This document shows, piece by piece, positions 50,720 to 64,000 of a stretch of 64,000 nt of DNA. Source of the stretch: Vicugna vicugna (Eukaryota); assembly GCA_013265495.1 (NCBI GenBank), contig MU061544.1:210214-274213 (forward strand), read 5' to 3'. The notes beneath the pieces are model-generated. The model saw only the letters and a program-made list of their open reading frames with translations, searched no databases and was not told the origin of the DNA. A program made the position numbers and the translations under genes. Position 1 is the stretch's first letter. Each line of letters opens with the position of its first letter.

Positions 50720-52140
50720 TGAAGTAATATTTTTTCCTCTGCTGTTCTAGAATTTTTTCTCCATGACTGGCTTTAGGTAGTTTTATATGATGTGCAAGGT
50801 GTGGATTTTTATATTTATTTTCTGGAATTGTTAGAGTTTTGTGACTCGATGTCTTTCATGACATTTGAAAATTTCTCATGAATTCTCCTTTTAAAATATT
50901 GTTTCCCATTCCCTTCCCAGTTTATGGGACTCCAATTATAAGTATAAATAATTTTTCCATTATACCTCATATGACCATTATTCCATTTCCCATATTTTCA
51001 TTCTTTTTTTTAATCATTATGCTTCATTTTGAATAGTCTCCAATGATCTCTTTAGCTCTATATAATCTGCGGTTAACCCCCTACATTACTTTAAATTTTT
51101 TTCAATTATTGATTTTTTTCAGTTCAAGAATTTTTATTATGCTCTTTTCATAATTTTCATATCACTTCCAAAGTTGTTATTCTCATTATTTCCATAACAT
51201 ATTGGGCATGGTATTAAAAAAACACATAACTTACACAATATTATGTCAATTATATCTCAATAAAGCTTGGGAAAATTAAAATAAAATGAAATAATTATAT
51301 GCCTGTTAATTCCATTGCCTGTTTCCCTCTGAGTCTGTTTCTGTTTTTCTGTTGTGTCTTCTAATTTTAATAATTTTTTTTGTTTACTTGTATGCTTGAT
51401 AGTTTTTAATTGATTGGTGGACATGATATATTGAAAAAAAAAAGAAATGATTTTAAGCTTAGTTTGGTATATTTTTTTTCTCAAGAGAAAACTTATTTTT
51501 TTTCCTTCCAGACAGTTCAAGCACTTTCTTATGGCATGCTAAATCTTAATTTTTGTTTCCCCAGCCCTGAAAATCAGAAGCACTTAGCCACCGACTCTTC
51601 TGTTTGTCAGGTATCTCTAGGAAAGAAAAAAAAAAACCCCCAAATCCTCAATTCACCTTTCCAGGTTTCTCTTATTTCCTGCTTTCCATGTTAGTTCTTC
51701 AATGCTTTCAAACCAATAAAATTTAAAAACTGTACTAATTTGTATTATTCTATGTGAGAGAGTTGGTCCAAATTAACCAGTCTACCATTACTGGAAACAG
51801 AACTTTTGGGTTTTTTTTAAATACATGTAATATTTACTACAGTCTTTGACTTTTATTTTCAGTCTTTCCTTTGATTTCTCTAAAGTTATTAAGTTATTCT
51901 TCTTATAATTTATGGCCAATAATTCTAATGTTTGTTGTATTATTTGTTCTCATTTTGCTGTTGTTTCTTTTGAATCATGTTCATGGTGATTGCTTCTTTC
52001 TATACTTTGAGATTTCTTTTTAACGTGAGTTCATATTTCTTAAAACTTTATAAGTAGAAATCATCTGAGGCCTGGTTTGAAAGTGAGATATTCTCTAGGT
52101 TATTTTCATTTTCTTCTGGCATATTTGAGGCCCTTTAAGT
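50720..52140 (-). mobile_element. Very old L1/HAL1-like remnant
   Basis: T-rich decayed sequence with gggactccaattata and ttcagttcaagaattttt motifs of antisense ORF1-type regions. Confidence 0.45.
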
Positions 52141-52176
52141 CTTTCACTAACACTGTAGTCAAGATTCACCACCCTT

Positions 52177-54255
52177 AGAGAGCACAAATCAATAAAATCA
52201 GAAATGAAAAAGAAGAAATTGCAACCAACACCACAAAATTACAAAAGATCGTAAGAGACTACTATGAAAAACTATATGCCAATAAAATGGACAAGCTAGA
52301 TGAAGTGCACAAATTCTTAGAAATGTACAATTTCCCAAGACTGAACCAGGAAGAAATAGAAAATATAAACACACCAACTCCCAGTAATGAAATTGAATCA
52401 GGAATTTAAAAATTCCCAACAAATAAAAGTTCAGGACCAGATGGCTTCACAGGTGAATTTTACCAAACATTTAGAAAAGAGTTAACACCTATCCTTCTCA
52501 AACTATTTCAAAAACTTTCCAAGACCAGACAAAAATATCACAGAAAAGGAAAATTACAGGCCAGTATCACTGATGAACATAGATGCAAAAATCTTCAACA
52601 AAGTACTAGCCAACAGAATCCCACAATACATTAAAAGGATTAGATATCATGATCAGATAGGATTTATCCCAGGGATGTAATGATTTTTCAGTTTCCTCAA
52701 ATCAATCAATGTGATACACCACGTTAGCAAATTGAAGAATAAAAACCAAATGATCATTTCAATAGATGCAGAGAATGCTTTTGACAAAATTCAAGATCCA
52801 TTTCTGATTAAAACAAACAAACAAAAAAACCTCTCGAGAAAGTGGGCATAGAGGTAACATAGCTCAACATAATAAAGGCCATGTATGACAAACTAACAGC
52901 TAACATCAAACTTTAAGGGAAAAACCTGAAAGCCTTTCCTCTAAGATCAGGAACAAGACAAGGATGACTACATGTAAAAGAATGAAATTAGAACATTTTC
53001 TAACATCATGTACAAAAGTAAACTCAAAATAGATTAAAGACCTTAATGTAAGACTGGAAACCATAATACTCCTAGAAGAAAATGTAGGCAGAACACCCTT
53101 TGACATAAATTGCAGCAATATGATTGGACCTGTCTCCTAAAGCAAAGGAAATAAACAAATGGGACCTAATTAAACTTAAAAGCTTTCTTCAGCAAAGGAA
53201 ACCACTGACAAAATGAAGAGACAATCCACAGAATGAGAGAAAATATTTACAAATGATGTGACTGATAAGGGGTTAATATCCAAACATAAAAACAGTTCAT
53301 CAAAAACAAACAAACAAAATGAACCCAATCAAAATATGGGAAGAAGACTTGAACAGACATTTTTCATTTTTCCAAAGAGGACATGCAGATGGCCAACAGG
53401 CACACTTAAAAAGATGCACAACATTGCTAATCATCAGGAAAATGCAAGTCAAAACCACAATGAGATATCACTTCACACCTGTCAGAATGGTTATCATTAA
53501 AAGAATACAAATAACAAATGCTGGCAAGGATGAGGAGAAAAGGGAACCTTTGTACATTGTTGGTAGAAATATAAAGTAGTGCAGCCACTGTGGAAAACAG
53601 TATAGAGGTTCCTCAAAAAATTAAAAATAGAACTATTATATAACCCAGAAATTCCACTTCTAGATGTATACTCAGAAAAAACAAAAACATCAATTCAGAA
53701 AGATACATGTATCCCAACGTTCACAGCAGCATTATTTACAATAGTCAATATATGGAAGCAATCTAAGTGTCCATCAATAGAAGAATGGATAAAGAAGATG
53801 TGGTAAATATATATACAATGGAATACTACTCAGCCATAAAAGAACAGTATTTTGCCATTTGCAGCAACATGGATGGACTTGGAGCATATTACACTAAGTC
53901 AGACGGAGAAAGGCAAACACTGCATGATATCACTTAAGCATGGAATCTAAAAAAAATATAACAAACTAGTGAATATAACAAAAAAGAAACAAACTCACAG
54001 ATACAGAGAACAAACTAGTGGTTACTAGCAGGGAGAGAGAAGTGGGGAGGGGCAAAGGAGTAGGGGATTAAGAGGTACAACTTATTATGTACAAAATAAG
54101 CTACAAGGATATATTCTACAACACAGGAAATACAGCTGGTATCTTATAATAACTATAAATGGAGTATAATGTTTAAAAACTGTGAATCACCATATTGTAC
54201 GCCTGTAACTTATATAATATTATACATCAACTATATTTCAATTAAAAACAAACCA
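52177..54255 (+). mobile_element. 5'-truncated L1 with internal deletions
   Basis: ORF2 from aaataaaatcagaaatgaaaaag through RT (aattacaggccagtatcactgatgaac) to 3'UTR; jump at ~52966; TSD aaga[t/c]tc[a/t]ccaccctt at 52161-52176 and 54256-54271. Confidence 0.92.
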
Positions 54256-54428
54256 AAGACTCTCCACCCTTGTATATTGCCTCATCTCCAAATCAGATGC
54301 TTCACCTTTTGTTAAAGAATCACCACAATTCCAGGTTAAAAATAATCGATTCCAGTTATCTATTGCTGCCCATGTTAAATGTTAAAACAACAACATTCAT
54401 CTTGCACTCAAATCTACAGTTTGGGCAA

Positions 54429-54686
54429 GAAATCAAATATCAAGACTGCAGCTACTAACAGAGGGATGGAAACTCACTGGTATAGGGTATCAAGGCTCAG
54501 TACCAAATGGGGACAGAAACACTGCGGTGACTTTCCAGAATTGGTCCAAGAGTACTGAAGAGTTCAGAATTTGCTTCCCATCACTGTTTGGAGTGTGGTC
54601 TGATAAAAAGACCTGCACCGAGTCTGACAAATTTCAGTGGAGTTCTTGACATTAATCCAAGTTGAACTAACAAAAATAGGAACAGT
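54429..54686 (+). repeat. Arm 1 of diverged inverted repeat (partner 56520-56779)
   Basis: Collinear shared blocks gggatggaaact, ggtatcaaggctcag, ttgcttcccatca, gtctgacaaatt, acaaaaatagg. Confidence 0.85.
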
Positions 54687-55559
54687 TCACTAAGCAGAGT
54701 GAGGTACACTGTATTATTAAAAAAAAGGAATTTTTTTTCTGTCTTTGGGGTCTGAAGTCTCCTCTCCTACTTACTAGCTAGCTAGCTACACACACACACA
54801 GAAGAATGAATGTTCCAAGTCTCATATAAATATTACATTTTGCTGAAGCAATATAATCATGAGACTTTGCTGGCATATATAAAACATCCCCTTATTCTCA
54901 CTGACTGATGGAGAAAATGTGCAATAGAAAAAAACCAGAAGCCAAGGCAAGAATCAATCATATAGTTATTTTAACCAGGATAACCAAGCTTAATAAGAGA
55001 AAAAGAGAAAAATAATCACAGGCTTACATGCTGATTATTCCATGGTCCAGTCCAAAAAGACAATGACCACTAGGATACCCAGACCTGGTTTATATTTGGT
55101 ATGTGGTGCTTAATTAAATTTGTTCATGGTTTAAGAAACCTATAGGTATTCCAGGAATCAGAAGTTAATGGAAATTATCCATAATCTAATTTTACCTCTT
55201 AGATCAGCCACCCTTAATAAAAATTCTAAATTTTAAATACAATGTTGATATACTTTCTTTTTTTTTCACAAGAAACTGAAGGTGACTTTTAAAATATTTC
55301 ACTTTGGGCTATTTATCCTATTTCAATACACAAATTAGATAAGTACACATTTTCTACATTTATGCATTTGGACATTTTAAGTTTCCCAGGAAAGTTCAAC
55401 AAAATTTTTTCTGACTTAAAATCATTAATTTTCCTGTGTACTTTATGGTAATCTATTGTATGATTTAGTTGTCACATAATATCTACCTTTATATTCATAT
55501 CGTGTTTGTATGTGCATTTTCAGAGATCTAATGACAAATACAAAATGTTGGCAGTCTAA

Positions 55560-55780
55560 TGAGGAGTCGGGAATTTAGAGTTACCACTAGACACCACATT
55601 AATCTAATTTTGTGACTTTGAACAAGTTTTAAAAGATTTATGCTTCATTTTCATCATCTATAAAATGAAGTTGCTAAAAGAAACCCTCTATTTCAGAAGG
55701 GTGTCATGAAAATCAAAAAAAGGTAATACACGTTAATGATTATCTGTAAACTTTAACATTCTGTTAAAATATTAGTCATC
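55560..55780 (+). mobile_element. MIR
   Basis: tgtgactttgaacaagttt...cttcattttcatcatctataaaatg. Confidence 0.7.
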
Positions 55781-56519
55781 TTTTCATAGATAATAAGTAG
55801 AAAGCCTTATAAAGCCTCTACCTCTCAAATCTGTAATTCAGAGCAACTCAGTTTACTAGAATTCTGTTTAAACATTAGAAATCCAAAATGGTCTCCTGGT
55901 CGGTCCTCCCATGAAAAGACGGAAACATCGGTAATACTGGTTATATCCTGAGATCCTGCTTTGCTCTTTCATCTTTTTTAGGAACTTTGCAGTTAATTAT
56001 CATGATAAACCTACAAAACCAGTACTTTCAGGGCCCCAGGATTCTACAAGAGCTACCTGAGGCTTAATGATAGAAAGTCATCTTATTTAAGTAACTTGTT
56101 TACTGAAGAGCCTTAACTGAGGGGAACAGAAGCAGCTACTGTCTGCAATAAAACATCATGTATAGCTCTTTCTCTTAATGACATTTTTAGGCACTTTCAG
56201 TTCAACACCTCTCTTCTTTCCCAGCGCAAGCTTGATCTGAGACTTTTGACTGCTTACAGTGGCTGAGGGGAGTGTGACCAGCTTGTGAACATCTCCTACC
56301 CCTGCCTCCAACTCTTTTCAGAGGCCAGAGTTCGCTTAAGGAGGAAGGAAAGAGGAAGTGGAAAAGGTCTTTTAATTTAACTGGTATTAGTTATAATCCC
56401 CCCACCCCACCCCTTTCTTTTTTAGTATAGCATCTTTGGCTAGTACTGTCTGATATATGTGGCAGTGATTTAAAGGCAATCATTTTTGTGGGATACATCC
56501 TTAGAGGGTTCCCTGATCC

Positions 56520-56779
56520 ACTGTTCCTTGGCTCCCTATTTTTGTCGGTTCAGTTTGGATTCATGTTTAGTACCTCACTGGAATTTGTCAGACGCTGGTC
56601 TTTCTGTCAGACTAGTCTCCAAACAATGATGGGAAGCAAGCTTTGAACTCATTACTTTTGGACCAGTTCTGGAAATTCACTGGCGTTCCTGTCTCCAGTT
56701 GGTCCTGAGCCTTGATACCTGTTAGCAGTTAAGTTTCCATCCCTTTTTGTTTGTACTTTCGGTATTGCTTTTTGATTTC
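56520..56779 (-). repeat. Arm 2 of diverged inverted repeat (partner 54429-54686)
   Basis: Reverse complement aligns collinearly with 54429-54686. Confidence 0.85.
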
Positions 56780-57349
56780 CTAAATTTGTCTCCGTGTTCT
56801 CTATCATGGACTTTTATTCAGACATATGCCCTTCCATTAATCTTGAATAGACAATCTGTGTTAACTGGCTGCAGTCCCTAACTTGGGCTTGTAACTTGAA
56901 TAGTTCCCACAAGTACCCCTTAATGATCTGGCTCTGGCTTTACTCTTCAATCACCTATACTTACTCCAAACCCCAATCTTAGCTCCTGCCACAGAGGCAT
57001 TCCCTAGAACTGCTAAAATCACCTTGACTTGTGGCCTGGCAGTCATCTTGGGAAAGATACCAGCAAGATGGCTTAAGCCCAAGCACCCGATGTTCACTTA
57101 CCATCCAAAACGGGTAATGCAGGCTGATTCATTGCCTCTTATCCTTAGACCCTGATGACTTTCCATTTTATTCTACTTGGATAAACACACAGGCAGATTA
57201 TTGAATCTGATCCATTAGCAGACATCAAAATGGTTAATGAAAAGCCAGTGTCCTCTTTTTCATACACTTTCATCACTGCAAGCAATTCTCTTTGAACTTC
57301 TTCCCTTTATTTGTGGCTACAACTTAGGGGAATAACCTTTCACCATACA

Positions 57350-57862
57350 TTGTTTTTACTTTTGCTACACAGAAATCACCCCAGAACCTAGTGGCATAAA
57401 ACAGCACTTTTAGTATGTTTCCAGATTCTACACGTCAGGAATTTGAACATAGTACAGTGGGGACACTTTTTGTGTAAGTAAAGAAAACATGGTGGCAGGG
57501 AGCTGGAATTATCTGGCAGCACCTTCACTCACATGTCTAGCAGTTGATGCTGGCTATGGATAGAGATCTAAGCTGGGACTGTGAGCCAGGACACTGACAT
57601 GTGGATTCTCCATTTGGCCTGAGCTTTCTCACAGCATGCTGTCCTCAGAATTTTTACACAGTGGCTCAGGGATACAAAGGCAAGCAGCCAAGGAAAACTA
57701 GGCTGAAACTCCATGGCCTTTTTTTCTGACCAGCCATGGAACTTGTACTGTGTCACTTCTGCTGGTTGTAAGCAAGTCACAAAGATCAGCTCAGGTTCAA
57801 GAAAACTGACCTTTCAGTGGGAGGACTGTCCATGAATCTATAGTTATATCATCATAGCCAAC
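57350..57862 (-). mobile_element. MaLR MLT1 LTR
   Basis: aaatcaccccagaacctagtggcataaaacag...cttcactcacatgtct...gtggattctccatttggcctgagctttctcacagcatg. Confidence 0.85.
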
Positions 57863-58058
57863 AAATCTGACAACTGTTTTCACTCTGTAACTCTAGTCCT
57901 AAGACCTTTTTATATAGACTGGAAGGGGGGAGAGAGTTTGGATAGTGCCTACAGGGTGCAAGATCAGTTTGGTAATCATTTAATATGCCTCCCAGGCAGT
58001 GTCTAGCCCCATATTTTGGCAGCTCTCTGTAGAATTCAGGGTAATTATTTCTTCTTAT

Positions 58059-59510
58059 ATTTTTCTTTCATAGTTTCATTGAGATATTACTCACATACCA
58101 TACTATTAACTCATTTAAAGTATACAATTCAATGGTTTTTATTATCTTCATGGAATTATGTAGCCATCACCACAATCATATAATATTTTCATCACTGCCT
58201 AAAGGCAACCACATATCCATTAGCAGTTACTCTCCATTAACCCCAACCCCAGCTCCTGGCAACTACGAGTCTGCTCTGTCTCTACTGATCTGCCTCTGGC
58301 CATTTGATATAAATGGCATCATATAATATGTGGTATTTTGTGATTGGCTTTTTTTTTTTTAAATAAAGGTACTAGAGAATGGACCAAAGACCTCCTGCAG
58401 GCTAAGTATGTGCTCTACCACTGAGCTATACTCCCAACCCCCGTAACTGGTTTCTTTCACTTAGCATAATCTTTTCAAGTTTCACCCATGTTTACCCATG
58501 TATCAATACTTTATTCCTTTTTATGATTCAACAATATCCCATTCCATGGATATATGACACTTTGTTTATTAGTTAATGGAAATCTAGGTTGTTTCCAGTT
58601 TTTAGCTCTGATGAATAATTCTGCTATGAATATTCATATACATCTTTTTCTCTGGACATATGTTTTTATTTTCCTTGGGCAGAGATGTAGGACAGAAGTT
58701 GCTGGATAATATGGTAACTCCATGTTTAACCTTTTGAGGAACTGCCAGTTTTCCACAGCAGCTTCATCATTTCACATCCCCAACATTATTAGTGCATAAG
58801 GGTCCAATTCCTCCACATTCTCACCAACACTTGTTATTATTTATCTTTATTACAGCCATTCTAGTGGGTGTGAAGTGTTATTTCAGTGTCATTTTGATTT
58901 GTTGTTCTCTGATGGCTAATGATTTAGAGCATCTTTTCACGGGTTTATTGGCCATTTGTTTACCTTCTTCAGAGAGATGTCTATTCAGATCCTTTATTCA
59001 TTTTTAAACTAGTTTATTTCTTCTATTTTGTTTTTAATTATTGAGTTATGAGTTCTGTATGTACTTTGGAAACCAGTGCCTTATCAAATATATGATTAGC
59101 AAATATATATATATATATATATATATCCATTCAGTAGGTTGTCATTTCACTTACTTAATGGCATCCTTTCAAGCACAAAAGTTTTAAATTTGATGACACC
59201 CAGTTTATCTAATTTTTCTTTTGCAACTTATTTTTTAGCATCCTCTATAGGAAGTCATTTTCTAAGCCAAGGTCACAAAGATTTATTCCTATGTTTCCTT
59301 CTAAGAGTTTTATAGTTTAAATTTTACATTTAGGTGTATGATCCATTTCAAATTTGCAAGTGGATGTCCAGTATTCTCAGGACTGTTTGTTGAAAAAAAC
59401 TCTTCTTTCCCTCCATTGAACTATCAATGCACCCTGGTCAAGTGCTAATTGACCACAATGTAAGGGTGCACTGACGAACTCTAAATTCTCTTCCAATGAC
59501 CTATATGTAC
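58059..59510 (-). mobile_element. 5'-truncated L1MB-type element (host of a SINE)
   Basis: ttgagatattactcacataccat...tttaaagtatacaattcaatgg; TSD ttatttcttcttat at 58045-58058 and 59511-59524. Confidence 0.9.
58349..58442 (-). mobile_element. Short tRNA-Ala-derived SINE (vic-1-like)
   Basis: Minus: gggagtatagctcagtggtagagcacatacttagcctgcaggaggtc...agtacct + A tail; degenerate flanking duplication gtgattggctt/gtaactggttt. Confidence 0.82.
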
Positions 59511-62479
59511 TTATTTCTTCTTATTTCAGCTATGGAGCCTAGTCACCAACTTTAAGAAAAAGAAAAATGCAAACTCAATAAATCTAATCATAATACTTCA
59601 CCATATTGATATCCCCTCATAGATGAGATGCAAGCTAACCCAGACCTGAAGGGAGACTCAAATCACCAAGTGAGACTTCATTACATGTGAATAACATGTT
59701 TCCTGAATTACAAGGTTCCTAAGCACAGCATGAACCAGGATGTGTCTGTGGGAAGTCTGAATTAATTGGCCCACATTTTTTAAAGTGACAAAGCTTTACA
59801 TTAATGGAAGGGCTGATGAGGAGTGGTGGTGTTAATTGGCTGCCTAAAGATACAGCTGTGCCTCAGCTTGAGTCACTTCTTTTAGCAAATGGCTTCTTCT
59901 TTGCAGTTCAGTGAGACTGACCACTGGCTAAAATTTTCTACATTTCATCTCACTTTTCATGACTAAATGTAAAAAATATACTTAATTCTTAAAACTTGAT
60001 TTCAACCTCAAACTGGACTAAACCTCCTCTTCCCAAAATACGCCCGCCATTCATCTATAAACACATTGAGCCCAGTCCCATTGTGAAGCTCTATAAAGAG
60101 ACTTCCTGTGTTAAAGCAATTCAGCCGACTTCCTTGCTGGCCAATCAAGTTCTTTTGTGAAAGGTGAAGTCTTTAATTTCATCACTGAAGATGAATGGGT
60201 TAAACTGGAATTCGCCAGTAGGAGTGACACACTGAAACTCATTAAAAAAAAAAAAAGAGTTGCACATTGAAATTTATTTTTCAAAAAGAGCATAATCAAT
60301 TGAACAAAAGAAAATATGATTTTGATGAGAGGATAAGATCAATAAAAGAAGAGGAAATTGCTACAATACCAAGTAAAAAACAAACAAAAACTAAAAAAGG
60401 AAGGCTAAGGATGTACAAAAGAATAACTTAAGTGATGACAGTTGTTTCTTTATACCAAATATTCAGACAATTATGCATACAAGCTATTTTGCATTGCACA
60501 TCTGTATCGATGTGAAGAGTAACAGGGACATAAACGATCTGTGCCATTTTGGGTGCCCTAATTTAACAATATTTCTTAAAGATAATCTATATTTAAAAAG
60601 GGAGTTTCACTCCCAAAGTGTATTTTAATCACAAGATAACTCTGTTCATATGAGTGTTTGCACTGTCAACGAGTGTAAATTTACCCAGTAGCAGCTGTGA
60701 TCAATTCATCCAAAATTCCTAATGACCTGATGGCCTAAACTACAGACAATGATTTGTATAGTTCAGTCAATTATCTGTGACTTAGAATAGGGAAATTACA
60801 CAAACCTCAGTCTGAAGGAAAAGCTATATATTCCTATTTAGTACTACCTTTAAAAATTACCAAAGGAAAAAAAAATTATTGAGTCATAATGCATAGCCAG
60901 TACATCCTAACAGGCTTAATATCAAGTCCTAGATAAATAAGAATTTGCTTGGCAACCAAATTTCTAAATATTCTCTTGCAATTTGTGTTAAATATAGCCT
61001 AAGTCTCTGAAACCTCACCAGGCCACGTGTATAAATACAGAAGATAATGACATGATTGGATTACATTTCACTCTTCCTCTTACTTGCCTATGCAGGTTAC
61101 CCAGGCCCCTCACAGTCTTACCTAGTTTTTGGGTCCCTAGTAGTGTCTTATGTGGTTCATGGTCTGGACTGTTTTGCTTATGATGAGCACAATAGAAGCC
61201 ACTTGAAGATGGCCCTCGGCACTGCCAAGATATGGTACAAAAGATATGCTACCATCTTGGTCTCAAATAGCTAATATAGAAGTTGATAGAACCAGGATAG
61301 TTAAACAATAACCGTGATTGGCCAGTATTCATCTCCTTCCTGTTTGGCCTCAAATTCCCCTTTAAATATTGAAACACAAGTTTTTCCTTGTTCTCCTGGA
61401 ACTCTTAGGACACAAATTGTGTCCTGGAGATGCCCAATCCAGCACCTCTTTAGACCTATCTGGGCATGGCTCAGTTTCTATTCAGAGTTAAGAGCAGCCC
61501 CTCCTAAATTAATATAAAGTTGAACTAAAATGAGTTCAGGCATAAAATCTCAGACTGGTGCATTTGCAAATAAGGGCTCGCAAACATACATACCCTCTCT
61601 TTCAATCTATGGACAGAAGGAAACAGGAAACAGAGGAAGGGAGGAAGGGAAGGATGAAGTCGGAGAGAGACTGAAAAAGAGATTATGAAAAGAAAAGCAT
61701 TCTCAAAAAACCATCAATACTGAATTCAGCACTTCAGAATTATTGAATAGAGAAGAAATTTCATAAAGGTAGTTTTAAAGATGTCAACTAGGAAACCTTG
61801 AGTCACTTATTAGTTTTTAGAGTGAAAACTTTTGAACCAAAAATAGGCAAGTAAACATTATTTTGTATTCCTTTCAGCACACTGATGATATTTTGCAGAG
61901 TGATGGATTGAAGTTGTTTCAGATATTCTACAATTTCAGTGATTTTCACCCACTGAGACTCTATTCAGATAAAAGGATCAATCTAAATTCTGATGGTTAA
62001 GAGCTGCATGTGCCACTTTTCAATCATATTTCCAGAAATCAACTGAATATACCAAATAATTCCAAAGCATTTTTGTCCTCTCTCAACCCTTTGAATCTGG
62101 GTTTCAGTGGGACCCAGTTTTAATCGCTCTTTAGCAGAAATTAGAAAGCAAGTCATAAACAGAAGCCTTAAGACAAAAATCAGTGCAGTTGTCATACTGT
62201 ATTTTGGACTTTAGTGTTTGAAACAACCGTAAGGAAGTATTTTCATATTTTTGCCATCCGTTAAGGATTATGGAATCTAAAGTATTCCAAGCTGCTTTTG
62301 TTTACCTTTTCTTTATTATCAAGATCTGAATAAAATCAAGATTCTTCTTAATTCTACCTGTTAGTTATTATGACTTCTTATACTATATACCTTCAACACT
62401 CAAATTCCAATCCGTCCATTTGTTGAGAAAAGGAAGAGAAATAGGCCTGTTTAAAAATGAATGGATTTTATGAAGGCTT

Positions 62480-62959
62480 TTGGGAGATGGTTCACAAAGA
62501 TGCCAGAAACCACCTCTCCCATCCCAACATGCCCTCTGGCAATGGGACTTTTCCTTCCGCCCATCAGGAGGCAGTGCCTATATGCTCTCCTCTTAAATCT
62601 GGGCTGGCCTTGTGACTTCCTTGGACAAATAAATAGAATGTGGTAGAAGAGACAGTGTGCAAACTCTGATTCACATTTCCCCCTAGCAAGTTCTGAGGAG
62701 CCATGGCTGCCTGGCTGGAGAGCAACGTGAGCCAGAGGTCTTTTTCAGATGTATCAATCATTAGGCATGAGTGAAGCCTTTTTAAGTCATCCAGTCCCAG
62801 TTGAGATCTGGATAACTGCTACTGCATGAGTTAGTTCAGCCAAAATAAATGAAGTAAACAACTAGCCAAGTGAGCGCTGCTACCCTACAGAAGTGAGACT
62901 AAGAAATCTCTGTTGATTTTGCGGGGTAGCTGGATATGCAGGGATAGATAATGGATACA
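62480..62959 (+). mobile_element. MaLR MLT1 (F/G-like) LTR
   Basis: aatctgggctggccttgtgactt...aatagaatgtggtagaag; ends gatagataatggataca. Confidence 0.8.
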
Positions 62960-63189
62960 AGCCCCAAATAACACCATCTCCTTCCATCTAGTTATAATGA
63001 AAATGACATTCCTTTTCCTAAAACTGAATTTTCATCTTTGCCCATTGTCTTGCATTCTCAAGGGATCTTTCTTAGGTCGATTATGCTTCCTTTATCATGT
63101 ATATCATGTATATTTTCTACTACCTCTCTATTCTCTCCTATTCACATTTAAATGCCTTTTGTTCTGTCTTATCTTAAAATATACTTTTA

Positions 63190-63570
63190 AACCTATCATC
63201 ACCTCTAGTTAGAAGCACATCTCTTCTCTTCACTGCTCTTTACAACCCAACAATTTTAAAGAGTTGTTTACAATCAGTAATTTTACTCTGACTTCATCTT
63301 TTCAACTCACTGAAATCTGACCTCTGGAGCACCAATGAAACTGATGATCACCAATGATCTTGCTATCCCAAAATCTGGTAAAAAATTTTTTAGTATTTTT
63401 CTGACTGAATTTTCCTGCATCTCCTAATATTATGGGTCATTCCCTTGTCCTTTAACACTCTCCACCTTTGGCTTTACAGTACTTCATATTCCTCATTTTA
63501 CTCTAACAACTGTCCTGTCCTTCTTAGTGTCCTTTGATAATTTCTTTTATTCTGTTCACTGAGATTTCCT
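63190..63570 (+). mobile_element. L2 fragment
   Basis: cactgaaatctgac...aaactg...tcaccaatgatctt...ctctccacctttggctt. Confidence 0.6.
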
Positions 63571-63576
63571 TTAGAC

Positions 63577-63800
63577 CAGTGGTCAGCAAATTATGACCTA
63601 CAGGCCAAATCCTGACCTCCACCTGTTTTTATAAATAAAGTTTCATTAGAGCACAGACTCACTCATTCACTCATGTATTGTCTAAAGCTTTGGTCAATGA
63701 CAAATGATTGAGCTGTGTAGTTGTAACACAGATCATGTGATCCACGAAGTCTAAAACGTTTTCTGTCTGGCCCTTTATAGGAAAAGTTTGCCAACCCCTG
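63577..63800 (+). mobile_element. MER58A hAT-Charlie MITE
   Basis: TIRs cagtggtcagcaaa...tttgccaacccctg; 224 bp; tggccctttataggaaaagtttg. Confidence 0.93.
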
Positions 63801-64000
63801 ATGCAGAGCTCCAATAAGTTCCGTTCTCACTATATAACTTTCCTGGGTGAGTTCATTCTTCCCCATCACAAACACACAATGAAATTGTTAGGTAGGTAGG
63901 GCATGGGGCAGATAGGTGGAGGAGAGGGAGGGCGGTCCAGAAGATGGTATTATGCCTGCCTCCAGCATAAAGGGACTTTACTTCTTCTAAATGAGTGCCA

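Noticed and set aside
55938..55951. tggttatatcctga shared with the minus strand near 14570-14583
   Set aside because: Only 14 bp with no flanking similarity; compatible with chance
1..64000. A novel multi-gene biological system
   Set aside because: No intact non-transposon coding sequence, operon-like structure or foreign insert was seen; the window reads as ordinary repeat-rich mammalian non-coding DNA

Overview
AT-rich, repeat-dense mammalian non-coding DNA (intergenic or deep intronic). Three tRNA-Ala-derived SINEs resembling the camelid vic-1 family and two internally deleted Tigger1 elements point to a camelid (camel/alpaca-type) artiodactyl genome; this is inferred from repeat content only. 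I recognise no protein-coding exon: the listed ORFs are L1 ORF2 remnants, antisense repeat reading frames or short chance ORFs. The window is a layered collection of L1, L2, MIR, ERVL/ERV1/MaLR LTRs and DNA transposons, plus one U1 snRNA retropseudogene. Repeat subfamily names come from remembered consensus sequences, not a database search. I found no evidence of a novel multi-gene system. The most unusual signals are mechanistic. (1) A perfect 67-bp inverted+direct copy of an old LTR lies ~2 kb from its donor (22386-22452). (2) An LTR R-region transcript appears to have been polyadenylated and retrocopied with TSDs (9824-10052). (3) A diverged ~255-bp inverted pair lies at 54429-54686/56520-56779. 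(4) A TSD-bounded L1 keeps both ends but has lost its middle. (5) There are also a twin-primed L1 and a poly(A)-only insertion.
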